NCBI RefSeq assembly: GCF_006345805.1
Contig: NC_043015.1
Coordinates: 1,364,001 to 1,428,000, forward strand
Direction: 5' to 3'
Origin: Octopus sinensis
Taxonomy: Eukaryota
DNA length: 64,000 nucleotides
Shown: positions 25,251-38,870 of the stretch, piece by piece
Layout of the letters: each line of letters begins with the position of its first letter
Numbering within the stretch: the first letter of the stretch is position 1
Position numbers and translations under genes: made by a program
Notes under the pieces: generated by a model
Seen by the model: only the letters and a program-made list of their open reading frames with translations
The model's database searches: none
Told to the model about the DNA's origin: nothing

Positions 25251-25537
25251 ATAGGATAAACATTTTCAAAAATATTTTATCAGTAGCCAGCATATTAAAA
25301 AATACCTTTTAAGGTGAAATTTATAAACCACTTATAAACAAGGGCAACAGAAAAAATCCAATGCCAAATATGCTGAGAATAGACTTAAAATCGTCAATAA
25401 CCACATAATATTCATCAGTGTGACGCGTGCTTATAGTGACGAATGACGCGTGCTTATAGTGTGGTTATTGACGATTTAAAGTCTATTCTCAGCATATTTG
25501 GTATTGGAATTTTTTTCTGTTGCCCTCGTTTATAAGT
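25251..25537. mobile_element. Foldback element embedded in (TA)n
   Basis: ~76-bp inverted arms 25330-25405 / 25460-25537; spacer carries TGACGCGTGCTTATAGTG twice; homologous to 1-278. Confidence 0.75.
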
Positions 25538-25550
25538 TATATATATAATA

Positions 25551-25586
<36 letters not shown>

Positions 25587-25609
25587 ATATAATAATACAC
25601 AGTAACCAT

Positions 25610-25839
25610 GGCGGCGAGCTGGTAGGATCGTTAGTACGCCGGGTGGCATGCTTAGCGCTATTTCGTCTGCCGTTACGTTCTGAGTTCAAATTCCGCCGAG
25701 ATCGACTTTGCTTTTCATCCTTTCAAGGTCAATTAAATAAGTACCAGTTGTGCACTGTGGTCGATGTCATCGACTTTATCCCTTTGTCTGTCCTTGCTTG
25801 TCCCCTCTATGTTTCACTCCCTGTGGGCAATAAAGAAAT
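25610..25839 (+). mobile_element. SINE-A full length (tail 1)
   Basis: Consensus match ending CTGTGGGCAATAAAGAAAT. Confidence 0.9.
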
Positions 25840-25868
25840 TTACGTAAAATATTAATAAAATACTACTG

Positions 25869-25916
<48 letters not shown>

Positions 25917-25944
25917 ATACTAATAATAATAATAATAATAAGAG

Positions 25945-28186
25945 CGTGTTGGTAATGCTGTCTGTAAGTGTCGTATCATTGAATTGGTTAGTTGGCAGAA
26001 ACCTAAACATTCACTTGTAACTTACTCTAAAGATACTGTAAATAGCAAAAATGGTTTGGGAACGTCAGGATATACTATGTTTATGGGTATAATATCTTCT
26101 GGAGGGACCTACCTAAGGGTCAGCGTAGAGAATCTTGGGTTTGCTCTCAAGAATTTATTTGTATACTCCATTGCAGATCTTCCTAGTGGTATATCTGAAC
26201 GAACAATGTCATGCCGTATTAAACTGACAAAAGGTAGGTTTCTTACCGTTGTCAGTATTTATGCACCTATTATATCCCATTCTGACGAAACTCTGGGGCA
26301 GTTTTATGATGATCTAGCACAATTATTGAGGAAAGTACCAATTTCTGACAAGTTGGTCATATTGGGTGACTTTAACGCGAAAGTTGGAAAGGTCTACGTT
26401 TCATGGCCTGTTTAAGGTCGACATGGGATTGGGAAATGTAATAATAATGGAGTAGCTCTTTTGAGGTTTTGTACCGAGAATAATCTGGTTGTTACCAACA
26501 TATTGTTTAAACAGAAAAATTAATATAAAACCACCTGGATGTACCCAAGATCGAAGTACTGGCATCTCATAGATTATATTTTGATCAGAAAACATGATAT
26601 GGAAGACTTTCTAACATTCGGGCCATGAGACGAGCAGAGAGCTCCACTGACTATCATCTAGTTCGTGGAAGAGTAAGTTTTTCGATAATGCCTAAAAATC
26701 GACAGTCTGGTCCTAAGGTACCCAAAGGGTTGAATGTTACAAACTCTCAGTTATCAAGCAATTTGCAAAGATTCCACGATGCTATAGAAAGTATCAATGT
26801 TGACCCAAACAATCTATGGGAAGATTTCCAAACAAAGGTATTTCGGGCTGCAAGTTCGACAGTGGGATTTAAATCACGTAATTTGTAATTCCAGTGACTG
26901 GTTCTCAGAAATATCAGCAGGCATTCATGATCAACTTTTAGAAAAAAGAAAACTTAGGCAATACATTTCTTTCTCAGTTCTTGAACACCAAATCAACCGA
27001 AACTTACAGAAAGCTATAAAGGAAAGTGCAGACTGCTCTAAGGAAAATTAAACAGGAATGGTGGAATGATAGAGCAAAAGGGGCACAAGAAGCAGCTGAT
27101 AGAAATGATGCCAAGGGTTTGGACTCTTATGTTAAGGAGATATATGGCCCAAAATCTTCTTCAATAGCTCCAGCGAGAATAGAAAATGGTCGTTTGCCTC
27201 TGATCGACAACGCTTCTATTTATAAGTATTGGGTAGAATATTTTTCTGCACTTTTGAATAGACCATCATCCGCTGACATGAGGACGATAGAAAAAAATTG
27301 AACACCTTCCAGTTATAGACCAGATGGTATTTGTACCGACTCTAAATGACATTTATTTAGCTCTGAATAAGTTGAATGCCAATAAGTCTCTAGGGTCTGA
27401 TGGAATCTGTGCAGAAGTTTTGAAATACGGGGTCGACAAAATATTTGAACTCTTAAATATATTAAGTTATCTCTGTTGGAGAACTGAGAAAGTGGCTCAA
27501 GACTGGATTGATGCCATTTCAGTCTCCTTGTATAAATCGGGGCCAAGAGATCTGTGTGGTGATTTTCGTGGGATTTCGCCTTTGTCTGTGGTTGGAAAGG
27601 TACTCGCCTGCATTTTGCTAGAACGTTTAAATACCTTCATAGTTCCAAATATGGTGTTTGAGTCTCAGTGTGGTTTTCGCTCCTCCAGGGGCACAGCTTA
27701 TTGTATCTTTACTATAAGACATTTTCAAGAAAACTGCATTGAACTGTATCTAGCCCTAGACCACTGCTTTGTTAATTTGAGCAAAGCATTCGATGCTGTT
27801 AGTCGAAAAGCCCAGAAAACACTGTAAACATGATCAGGGCTTTGCAACAGTATATGAAAGCTAAAATTAATTTTGGTGGTAGGCTCTTTGAATCTTTTGC
27901 CGTGGAAAATAGTGTAAAGCAAGGAGATCTTGATGCACCCATTCTCTTTACAATATACTTTGCTGTTGTGTTGTCACACGCTTTTCAAATCTCTGGGGAG
28001 GGTATTTACGTAAAATATCAAACAATCGAACGACAGGGAATGCTTTTAATCTGACCAGAGTGAAATTCAAAGCGAAGGTTTTCACTTCACTCAGGGAACT
28101 GTTGTACGTTAACGATTGTGATCCTGACAGTCATACTGAAACCGGTCTGCAATCTCTTGTATCTGCATTTGACTCAGCTTGTGATG
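25945..28186 (+). mobile_element. RTE (BovB-like) LINE: decayed endonuclease and RT
   Basis: GISERTMSCRIKL..SIYAP..DKLVILGDFNAKVG; TWMYPRSKYWHLIDY; ESQCGFRSSRG; NLSKAFDAV; VKQG..APILF; LLYVNDC; many stops and frameshifts. Confidence 0.93.
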
Positions 28187-28219
28187 CATATATATATATA
28201 TATAATATATATATATATA

Positions 28220-28293
<74 letters not shown>

Positions 28294-28310
28294 TGTGTGT
28301 GGGGGGTGCA

Positions 28311-28343
<33 letters not shown>

Positions 28344-28399
28344 TATACATATATATATACACATATACGTATACCTATCTATCTATCTATCTATATATA

Positions 28400-28485
<86 letters not shown>

Positions 28486-29069
28486 CTTACATATAAATAT
28501 ATATATGTATGTATAGTAGAAATATGTTACAAAAAGAAAATATAAAATACACGTGGAAATGTAAGGGTAAAATATGAAAAATCAACGAAAATGCACATTA
28601 TAAATAAAAAAAGGCTTTTTATGACATGTAACGACAGATATATACATTTAGATGGACTGAGGTAGTAATAAAAGTCATAAAATTCATTCATATGAGATGA
28701 TTAAAAAGTCAGAAAACAAGGCATACCATGGTTTCCGCAATGCTATACATCGCTTTGAAAACACCGGCTAATATACGGTGTCAGACGAATACATGTACCT
28801 GTACACACATCACGAGATGCACACAAATACATACATATAGTTATACCATTACAGGAATGTAGGTTCGACTCCCACGCGGATAGGAATGCCTTCTTTTTTG
28901 TATCGAGGGCTGATATGCCCCTTTATTAGACTATTTTTCTTAGTCATTGCACGGTGATCGCTTTCATCGTTTAGCTCATATAAAAATACCATTATCATTA
29001 TTTGCAGGATTGCAAAAACGGCACCGTATAGAAAAAGAAAAAAAAAACATTCGCATCGAAACCATAAAT

Positions 29070-29418
29070 ATTGCCCAGTGGTTAGGGCAGCGGTCTCGCA
29101 GTCGTAGGATCGCGGTTTCTATTCCCAGACCAGGTGAAAACACCTAAAGATCGTCGAGGCTATGCCAGGGGTAGCTAGCGAACCCTGCTCTACTCTTTTA
29201 TCACAACTTTCTCCCACCCTTTCTTCTTGTTTCTGTTGTACTTATATACCAATGGGCCAGTCTTGTTACAGTGTGTGCCACTTTGAATCTCCCCGAGAAC
29301 TACGTTACGGGTGCAAGTGTCTGTGCAGTACTCAGCCACTTGCACGTTAATTTCACGAGTAGGCTGTTCCGTTGATTGGATCAAATGGAACGCTTCTCGT
29401 CGAAACAGACCGAGTGTC
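29070..29418 (+). mobile_element. SINE-C with internal deletion
   Basis: TTGCCCAGTGGTTAGGGCAGCGG head, CCCCGAGAACTACG body, decayed tail. Confidence 0.85.
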
Positions 29419-30370
29419 ACAATATATATATATATATATATATATATGATTTTGTGTATGTGTTTGTGTGTATGCTTGCGTCGGTATTTATCACGGACGA
29501 ACGAATGAAATCCGGTGTCAATGTATTTACGTTCCAATAACTTCTCGGCTAGGAGGAGAGACTGATATTAAAATCACCAGGCTTAAAAAACAACACCATA
29601 TGAGCCGTGGGATAAAGTCGTTCGTCTAAAACTATTCAGGGCGTTGCCCCTACATCGCTGCTGTCTGAAGAATGAAGAGATAAATTAATATACATTTGTG
29701 GATATACTTAGCCACACTTAGATAGGTTATAACGCACCCATGCGGAAACACACGCACACACACCTGTATGTATGTATATATATATATATATACACATATA
29801 TTAACACGTCTTTGCGTACGCACAGGTATATATATTTTTATGTATATATATGCATATATGAGTGTGTGAGTATATGTGTGTTCGTTTGGAAAGGTATACC
29901 TACAGACATACACATGCATATATATACGTTTGTGTGCGCGTATGAGTGTATATATATTATATATATATGCAGATATATGCACACACACATATACACACAT
30001 ACCCACAAGCACAAACACACGCACGCACAAACACAATCGCACATACACGTACATACACGCACACACTCACACACACGCGCACGTACACACGTACGTACAT
30101 GCGCATGCAGATACACTTACGCACACAAGCACACACGCAATAATGCGCGCGCACGCTCCGATACCGGGACGTACTTGAATACATGCGCACACACGGACAC
30201 ACTCTACTTTTGACTGCATACGTTTTTTTTTAAGCCTACAAGTCTTCTTCGGCAGCCCGCGCATATACTGGCGCATAAAACACAGCTCTCATTATAAGCT
30301 TGGTCATGTTTGTCGTATGAAACTTTTAGCTCTAGGTCAAAGTGAACAGTACAGGCAATATATATATTTA

Positions 30371-30600
30371 TTTTTCTTTACTACCCACAAGGGGCTAAAC
30401 ACAGAGGAGACAAACAAGGACAGACAAACGGATTAAGTCGATTACATGGACCCCAGTGCGTAACTGGTACTTAATTTATCGACCCAGGAAGGATGAAAGG
30501 CAAAGTCGACCTCGGCGGAATTTAACTCGGAACGTAACGGCAGACGAAATACGGCAACGCATTTCACCCGGCGTGCTAAAGTTTCTGCCAGCTCGCCGCC
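30371..30600 (-). mobile_element. SINE-A full length (tail 1)
   Basis: Consensus match. Confidence 0.92.
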
Positions 30601-30700
30601 TTCAAGTACAGGCAATATATTAAAGCAATTCTTTCTATGACTATCCCGTCCATTAGTACACGATGTCTTACGGGTGGATATATGGTTTGCCGTGCCTTTG

Positions 30701-31181
<481 letters not shown>

Positions 31182-31694
31182 TATTTTATCAAATTTGCCA
31201 TAAAGGCAGTACAAAGATTTGGTAGCTTTGCGGGCTGGACAAACACATTAATGAATGAATATTAAACAAAAGAATAAATGAGAGACGAAACCCAACACCC
31301 GGCGATTGGATTTTTCTCGAAAACATATTTTCTTTTTTGAAAAATCAATATGAGGTTTCAAACATTATATAAGAAGGAGGCACTAATACCTCTTACTTAA
31401 CATGTTTTTTTTTAAACACACAATTGAGGTTATAAACCACTACAAATAATACAATAAGATGAGGTTTCAAACCCTCTAAAGATGCTATTTCGCATCGTAC
31501 TCATCGATATATCCATCAATATATCCATCAATTTCTTGAATGCCGCTTGAATTCCTGTATCCCGCCATTTCCCATGCCTCGCTCATGTAAGACATGTAAG
31601 TTGTGTAAGGGCCACCCGGTCATATGCTACACTCCTCCCCAAATCCTTCAAGCCTTTCCCACAACAAAACGATAATAATAGTTAAACAACAAAA

Positions 31695-32790
31695 CGATAA
31701 TAATAATGATTTCATATTTTGTCACAAGGGCAGCTTCAGGGAGAGAAGTAAATTGTTAAATCAGCCCCAGTGTTTCACAGGTACTCCATTTATCGTCCCC
31801 GAGATGGTGAAAGGCTAATTCGACCTCGCCGGAATTTGAACTCAGAACTTAGCGGCAGACGAAATACATTTAAGCATTTCATTCGGCGTGCTAACGATTC
31901 TGCCAGCTCACCGCCTTCAATAATAATAATAATAAAATATAATAATAATAATAATAATTATTATTATTATTATTATTATAATTATTGTACTCCAGGCACA
32001 AGGCCTTTAACATTTTAGGGGAAGGGGGTTAATCGACTATATCGACCTCAGTGCGTAACTGGTACTTATTTCATCGATGAAAGGCAAATTCGACCTCAGC
32101 GGAATTTGAACTCAGAACGTAGCGGCAGACGAAATAGCGCTAAGCATATCGCCCGGCGTGCTAACGATTCTGCTAGCTCGCCGCCTTAAAGAACAAGCAA
32201 CAACAATAACAATAATTCTATCTATCATAATTCTCGGTAGAGCTAAGTCGATTACATCGATCCCTGTGCTCAACTGGTTCTTAATTTGTCGAGCCCGAGG
32301 GGGTTAATGACAAAGTCGGTGGAGGCGCAATGGCCTAGTGGTTAGGGCAGCGGACTCGCGGTCGTAGGATCGCAGTTTCGATTCCCAGACCGGGCGTTGT
32401 GAGTGTTTATTGAGCGAAAACACCTAAAAAGCTCCACGAGACTCAGGCAGAGATGGTGGTGATCCCTGCTGTACTCTTTCACCACAACTTTCTCTCACTC
32501 TTACTTCCTGTTTCTGTTGTACCTGTATTTCAAAGGGCCGGCTTTGTCACTCTCTGTGTCACGCTGAATATCCCCGAGAACTACGTTAAGGGTACACGTG
32601 TCTGTGGAATGCTCAGCCACTTACACGTTAATTTCACGAGCAGGCTGTTCCGTTGATTCGGATTAACCGGAACCCTCGTCGTCGTAACCGACGGAGTGCT
32701 TCCAATGACAAAGTCGACTCCGGTGACATTTGAAATACCGCTAAACATTTTGCCCGGCATGCTAACGTTTCTGCCTGCTCATCGTCTTAA
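31695..32790 (-). mobile_element. Cluster of three minus-strand SINE-A copies, the last split by a SINE-C
   Basis: Copies at ~31695-31917, ~32005-32187 and ~32230-32790. Confidence 0.85.
32319..32703 (+). mobile_element. SINE-C full length with 13-bp TSD
   Basis: tRNA-like head GGAGGCGCAATGGCCTAGTGGTTAGG..TTCGATTCCC; TSD AATGACAAAGTCG at 32306-32318 and 32704-32716. Confidence 0.95.
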
Positions 32791-32841
32791 ACAACAACAG
32801 CTTCAGCTACAAGAACAAAAATGAAAATAATAATAAATAAG

Positions 32842-33510
32842 GTGACGAGCAGGCAGAAGCGTTAGCATGCCGGGTGAAATGCTTAGCGCTATTTCGTCTA
32901 TCTTTAGGTTCTGTTTCAAACTCCGCTGAGGTCGACTTTGCCTTTCATCTTTTCGAGATCGATAAATAAATACCAGTTACGCACTGGGATCGACGTCATC
33001 GACTTAATTCCTTTGTCTCACTTTATCTGTCCTTGTTTTTCCCCTCTATGTTTAACTCCTTGTGGGCAATAAAGAAAGAAGAAACGTTAGCACGCCGGGC
33101 GAAATGCTTAGCGCTACTTCGTCTGTCTCTACGTTCTGAGTTCAAATTCCACCGTGGTCGACTTTGCTTTTCATCTTTTCGGGATCGATAAATAAAGTAC
33201 CAGTTACGCACTGAGGTTGATGTTATCGACTTAATCCCTTTGTCTCACTTTGTGTGTCCTTGTTTGTCCCCTCTATGTTTAATTCCTTGTGGGCAATAAA
33301 GAAATAAGAAACGTTAGCACGCCGGGCAAAATGCTTAGCACTATTTCGTCTGGCTTTGCGTTCTGAGTTCAAATTCCGCCCAGATCGACTTTGCCTTTCA
33401 TCCATTCGGGGTCGATAAATTAAGTACCAGTTGCGTACTGGGGTCGATCTAATCGACTGGCGCCCTCCCGCCCGTATTGCGGGCCTTATGCCTAGAGTAG
33501 AAAAGAAAAA
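32842..33510 (+). mobile_element. SINE-A head-to-tail trimer
   Basis: Units restart at AGAAACGTTAGCACGCC after tail 1 (~33078 and ~33307); last unit ends in tail 2. Confidence 0.88.
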
Positions 33511-33736
33511 TAATAATAAATTATTTTAATTGCCACAACGGCATAATTGTGGGAGACATCACGAGGACAGACGAAAATTTCCCTAGGAACTTAGATAAAG
33601 AATTGGAACAAAGAATTGGAAATAATAAGGATGATAATAATATTTAAACAATAAAACCAACATTAACGATAAAAACGATAATGATACTTTATTGTGCCTA
33701 GAGACAGTCATTCTCATTCAATTCCTTCTAATTTAG

Positions 33737-33901
33737 CACACGCACCGGTTCGATTTCCATTCATTTACATATTTATGTTTTCCTAAAATTTTCGTTACGT
33801 CTTCCTACATTTTGAACGAGTTTTGAAAAGGTTGGAAGCGGCAACGACAATTTTAGAAACAATAAATCAGCAAATGAGTAGAAATAGAACCGGTGAGTGT
33901 G
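33737..33901. mobile_element. Palindromic MITE, piggyBac-like
   Basis: CACACGCACCGGTT... / ...AACCGGTGAGTGTG with ~65-bp imperfect arms; flanks TTAG and TTAT resemble decayed TTAA. Confidence 0.6.
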
Positions 33902-34246
33902 TTATGTATTTAGACACTAAAATAAAATGACTCTCACCAGTCACAATAAAATATGCTTCAACACACGAATTCACAGAAAGAATCTTGCAAACCAAATGCA
34001 AAAACGAAATAATAATACTGCTTTCTACTATAAGCACGAAGCTGAAATTTGATGGGGAAGGAGAGAGTTAATCATATCGACCCAGTGTTCAATTCCTATC
34101 CATTTCATTGACACAAACACACATGCGCACACATAGCTCCATATATATATATATTATATATTTTTTTACAAGCAGCAGAAATATAAAAAAAGCTGTTACT
34201 CAGAGTTTCACGTTCATGTTCGTCCGACAGTTTTGTTAATAATATA

Positions 34247-34301
<55 letters not shown>

Positions 34302-34419
34302 TTATAATCGATAGATAGATATAGAGACCACACACCGCACAAACTTACACTCACGCACGAGCACACACAAACACACACGCATATATATATATATATGTAT
34401 GTATGTATGTATATATGTG

Positions 34420-34506
<87 letters not shown>

Positions 34507-35461
34507 GCATATATATACATTAATATATACGTACGAACGTACACAATTATATATACGTATGTATGTTTATATGTATATGTTTTATAATACGTTTATCGTA
34601 TAATCAATTAAAATCAAAATAGTGCGTTTGGATCTGAGAGTACTATTAATTTACATGTGTGAACCATGTGAACAATATAAGCATCCTTATTCCAAATAAA
34701 ATTTACGTATTGAGAACAGGTTTTACAACCGCAAAAATATACAAGAACGAACGCTCACACAGAGCCTCACAGAACATAAACAAAATTACATATATGCACA
34801 CATGCGTGTGTGTATGTGCCGTGCCCGTGAGAGCGCTTCTCTGTGTGACGGCAGTCAGTAAACTTTTAAAATTTCTTTTTTAAATACATATATTCTACAT
34901 GTATATATCGATTTTAATCAAATGTGAGCGAAACTGATTCAATCAAATAAAACAGAAACAATGACAAATCATTAAAAATAACAATAAAAAAATATTTTTA
35001 ATAACATATTCTATTAATTTTTCGAACAAATACGTAATTATATTTATAACTAAGATTTAAGTTTATGCGTAAATTAGGGAACTAGTTAAGAGTAAATATA
35101 AATATTTGAATGTTGACTATGTATGTCAGGACCGAACTATTAGGCAAAATAAGAAAGGAGAGGACACATATCGAACTCAATAAAAGTTTGTATAAAAGTG
35201 TATGTACGGGCGCGTGTGTGTGTAACATATATGCCTACAAAGGCATGAACGTGTATATGTTGCATGCGCGCATGTGTGAGTGAGTGTGTCTGTATCTATC
35301 TACCTTCCTATTAATTTTAACAGGAATAATGCATATATATTGTATATACATGCACACATAAACACACATGTGTATGTCCATACACAGAAACACACACACA
35401 CATAAACACACAACACATTAACACACACACACGCACGAACACACATATATAAGCATGTAAA

Positions 35462-35502
<41 letters not shown>

Positions 35503-35755
35503 GCATATTATGTGTATGTATATATATATAATATTATATATATGAGTGAGTGTGTGAGTGTGTGAGTGTGTGTGCATGTGTGTGTATGTGTATAATACAT
35601 ATCTGTGTGGTTGGGTGCACGCTAAAGATATAGGTATAAATATAAAGATGTAGAGAGACAGAAACGTATATGCGTGTTTGTGCGTGTGTGCGCGCGTGTA
35701 TATACATATATATTATATAAGTACATACATACGCATATATATATCTATATATCTA

Positions 35756-35852
<97 letters not shown>

Positions 35853-36416
35853 CTCTCTCTAAAATTATATATGTATATATATTTATATATATATATATTA
35901 TATATATATATAATATATATATATACACACATATATATATATATATATTTATTTATACATACATATATAAATACACACACATGGATGAGAGTTCAAATGA
36001 GTGAGTGTGTGTCAGAAGTATTGATAAAAATATATATTGAAAACTAAATATGATATTATGGTTGAATATTTTGTTTTAAATTTTTGCCTAACCCGAAATT
36101 AATTATATCTGTGAGGGAAGGAAGTAAGTCGACCCTGAATAAAGCCACTTTAGTAGGACTACGTCTTCAGTATTTGAGGGGATTCAATTGCTCTTTTGGG
36201 CTATTAAATTTACCAGATATGGACAGAGTCGTGTATATGCATACACACACACACATACACACACACATGTATATATATACTTATATATATGCATGTATAT
36301 ATATATATATGCATATATATATATGCATGTATATATATATATGCATATATATATATATATTTGCATGTATTATATATATGCATATATATATATATTTGCA
36401 TGCATATATATATATA

Positions 36417-36468
<52 letters not shown>

Positions 36469-36654
36469 CACATATATAAATACACATATGTATACATTAC
36501 TTATATAAATATACAAATGTGTATATATATATACAGATCATATATGCATGTGTGAGTGTATATATATATATATATATATATGTATTTATACATATATATA
36601 TATGCATGTATATATATATATATATATATATACATATATATTTATATATATGCC

Positions 36655-36950
36655 TATGTGGAAGAAGTAGCGTGCTATACGATCGTAAAACCGAGAATTT
36701 CAAGTCCCAGGTACGCGTTGTGGCTTTGAGCAAGCCACTTCATTTCACATTGCAGCAGACCACCCAGCTCGCAAAAAAGCACATTACCTTTGTTTGAATT
36801 GACCAGCGTTGTCACGCACTGCGTCACAGTGAATCTCCCTGAGAACTGCATTCAGGGTACACGTGTTTGTGCAGAGCTCAGCCACATGCACGTTAATTTC
36901 ACAAGCACGTTGTTGCAATGATCGGATTATTTCGAAACATCACCATCTTA
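36655..36950 (+). mobile_element. Old SINE sharing the SINE-C 3' domain with a different 5' half
   Basis: CTTTGAGCAAGCCACTTCATTTCAC 5' region, then GAATCTCCCTGAGAACTGC..CTCAGCCACATGCACGTTAATTTCAC. Confidence 0.6.
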
Positions 36951-36975
36951 AAATTCAGAGTTTCCCACATGTGTG

Positions 36976-37009
<34 letters not shown>

Positions 37010-37038
37010 TGTTATATATATGCGTGTATATATATATA

Positions 37039-37175
37039 TTAGAAAAAAGAAGGTACTCAGAAATCTGGATGGTTGTACAATTACAGATTCTTATTAATAT
37101 GTCACATGTGACGTATTAATAAAAATCTCTATATGTACAACAATCCAGATTTCCTGAGTATCTTTTACTTTCTAA
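37039..37175. repeat. Loopless ~137-bp imperfect palindrome
   Basis: Centre GTCACATGTGAC at 37101-37112; arms pair out to TTAGAAAA / TTTCTAA. Confidence 0.85.
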
Positions 37176-37216
37176 AATCTAATACCTGTAAATCACCTCC
37201 AAACCTTCTAATATAG

Positions 37217-37325
<109 letters not shown>

Positions 37326-37350
37326 TATATATATATTAATATATATATAT

Positions 37351-37382
<32 letters not shown>

Positions 37383-37385
37383 ATT

Positions 37386-37428
<43 letters not shown>

Positions 37429-37515
37429 CTATATCTATATATATATCCGTATATATCTAAATATATATATATATATATACATATGTGCATATCTATCCAT
37501 ATATATATATATGCA

Positions 37516-37548
<33 letters not shown>

Positions 37549-37627
37549 GTGAGGATGAAAAGTAACCTCGAGTTGATATATATGAAAAAATAAGTCAAAA
37601 TAGAAAATGGTAACATAATTTTATAAA

Positions 37628-37680
37628 GAACATTTCAGTACCGGTTTCAATCATTTTGAGACCTTTTCAACCGTAACGAT
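37628..37680 (-). ncRNA. Degenerate Penelope-type hammerhead-like motif
   Basis: Minus strand TTACGG-TTGAAAA-GGTC-TCAAAAT-GATT-GAA-ACCGGT-A-CTGAAA; palindromic ACCGGU; core mutated. Confidence 0.35.
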
Positions 37681-38577
37681 TAAATAATTAAATTTAGAAA
37701 AAATTATAAGAAATGTTTTTTTTAAAGGAATATTTATATAATGTTCAAATATAAGTGGCATTTCCCTTGTTTCTGCCTTGCTCTGTCTCTCTTGTTCACA
37801 CTTGTCATATACATATATACATATATATATGTGTACACGCGTGCTTGTGTGTATGTGTATGTGTGTGTGTGTGTGTGTACTTCTGTATACACAAATATAT
37901 AGGATGGGCTTCTTTCAATATCCGTGTACAAAATACATAGAGAAGTTTTGGGTTGGCTCGAGGTTACGGTTGAATGCTCTTGCCCTTCTTTCCATGCAGT
38001 AGGACTGAACTCTGATCCATGTGCTTGGGAAGAAACCTTTTTGGTAAAGTTTTTACCACATAACCCCATCTCCGCCTTTATACGCACATACATACAAGCA
38101 TATGCGTTGGGCGTTTATATTTGTGTACATCTGTATGTGTGTGGAATTATTACATGATTAACAGTATGGATTTCTTGGCACATAACATCGTCTTAATATG
38201 AGACGTAAGTTTTACATGAGAAGTGAACGAAGCGAAGATCACAGCAAAGAAACTATAACCTGTAAGGATTCATACTAAACTAGCGTATGTGACATATATT
38301 GTCGAATGTGCAAAGAGAGAGAAATCTGGAAGTAAAATTGAAGAAATGAAGAAAGGTCGTACTCAAAGACAAAGTATTGATCAATATTTAAATGCTTTTG
38401 TAATATCTTCTAAGTTTACTAGTAAAATTATAGATAGTGATGAACAGAGTGATATAAAGAAATTTTGATATCAGGAGTGAGAAAACATAAATAAATTAAG
38501 CAATAGTTTGGAGCAGTGATATGTGACTTACTGCAACATACAACACAACTGGTATATATATATATAGATATATATAA

Positions 38578-38623
<46 letters not shown>

Positions 38624-38870
38624 GTTGTGTGTGTGTGTGTGTTATTAGTGTGTGTGTATGTGTGTGCGTGTGTGGATATATTATATATATTAATATATAT
38701 AATATATATATATATTTTTAAGTTCAGTGAAATTTAGATTCAGTTGAATATAGTAATTAAGTTAAAGGCACCAGATTTGATATGGTATATCCATATAATT
38801 TTCCATATTGTTCGATGAAATGGAGTCGCATGAAACGATCGTACTGCATTACCTCTTTATCATTGTTGCA

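Noticed and set aside
28715-28770. Hairpin plus GAAACCATGGTA on minus strand
   Set aside because: No CUGANGA-like core upstream of the stem
32321-32392. tRNA-like sequences at SINE heads (also 24971, 44631, 47186)
   Set aside because: A and B boxes are present but there is no complete cloverleaf or acceptor stem, and each continues into a SINE body; not called tRNA genes
38300-38490. EKSGSKIEEMKKGRTQRQSIDQY resembling a hAT transposase N-terminus
   Set aside because: Low-complexity, charged sequence with no TIR or catalytic motif nearby
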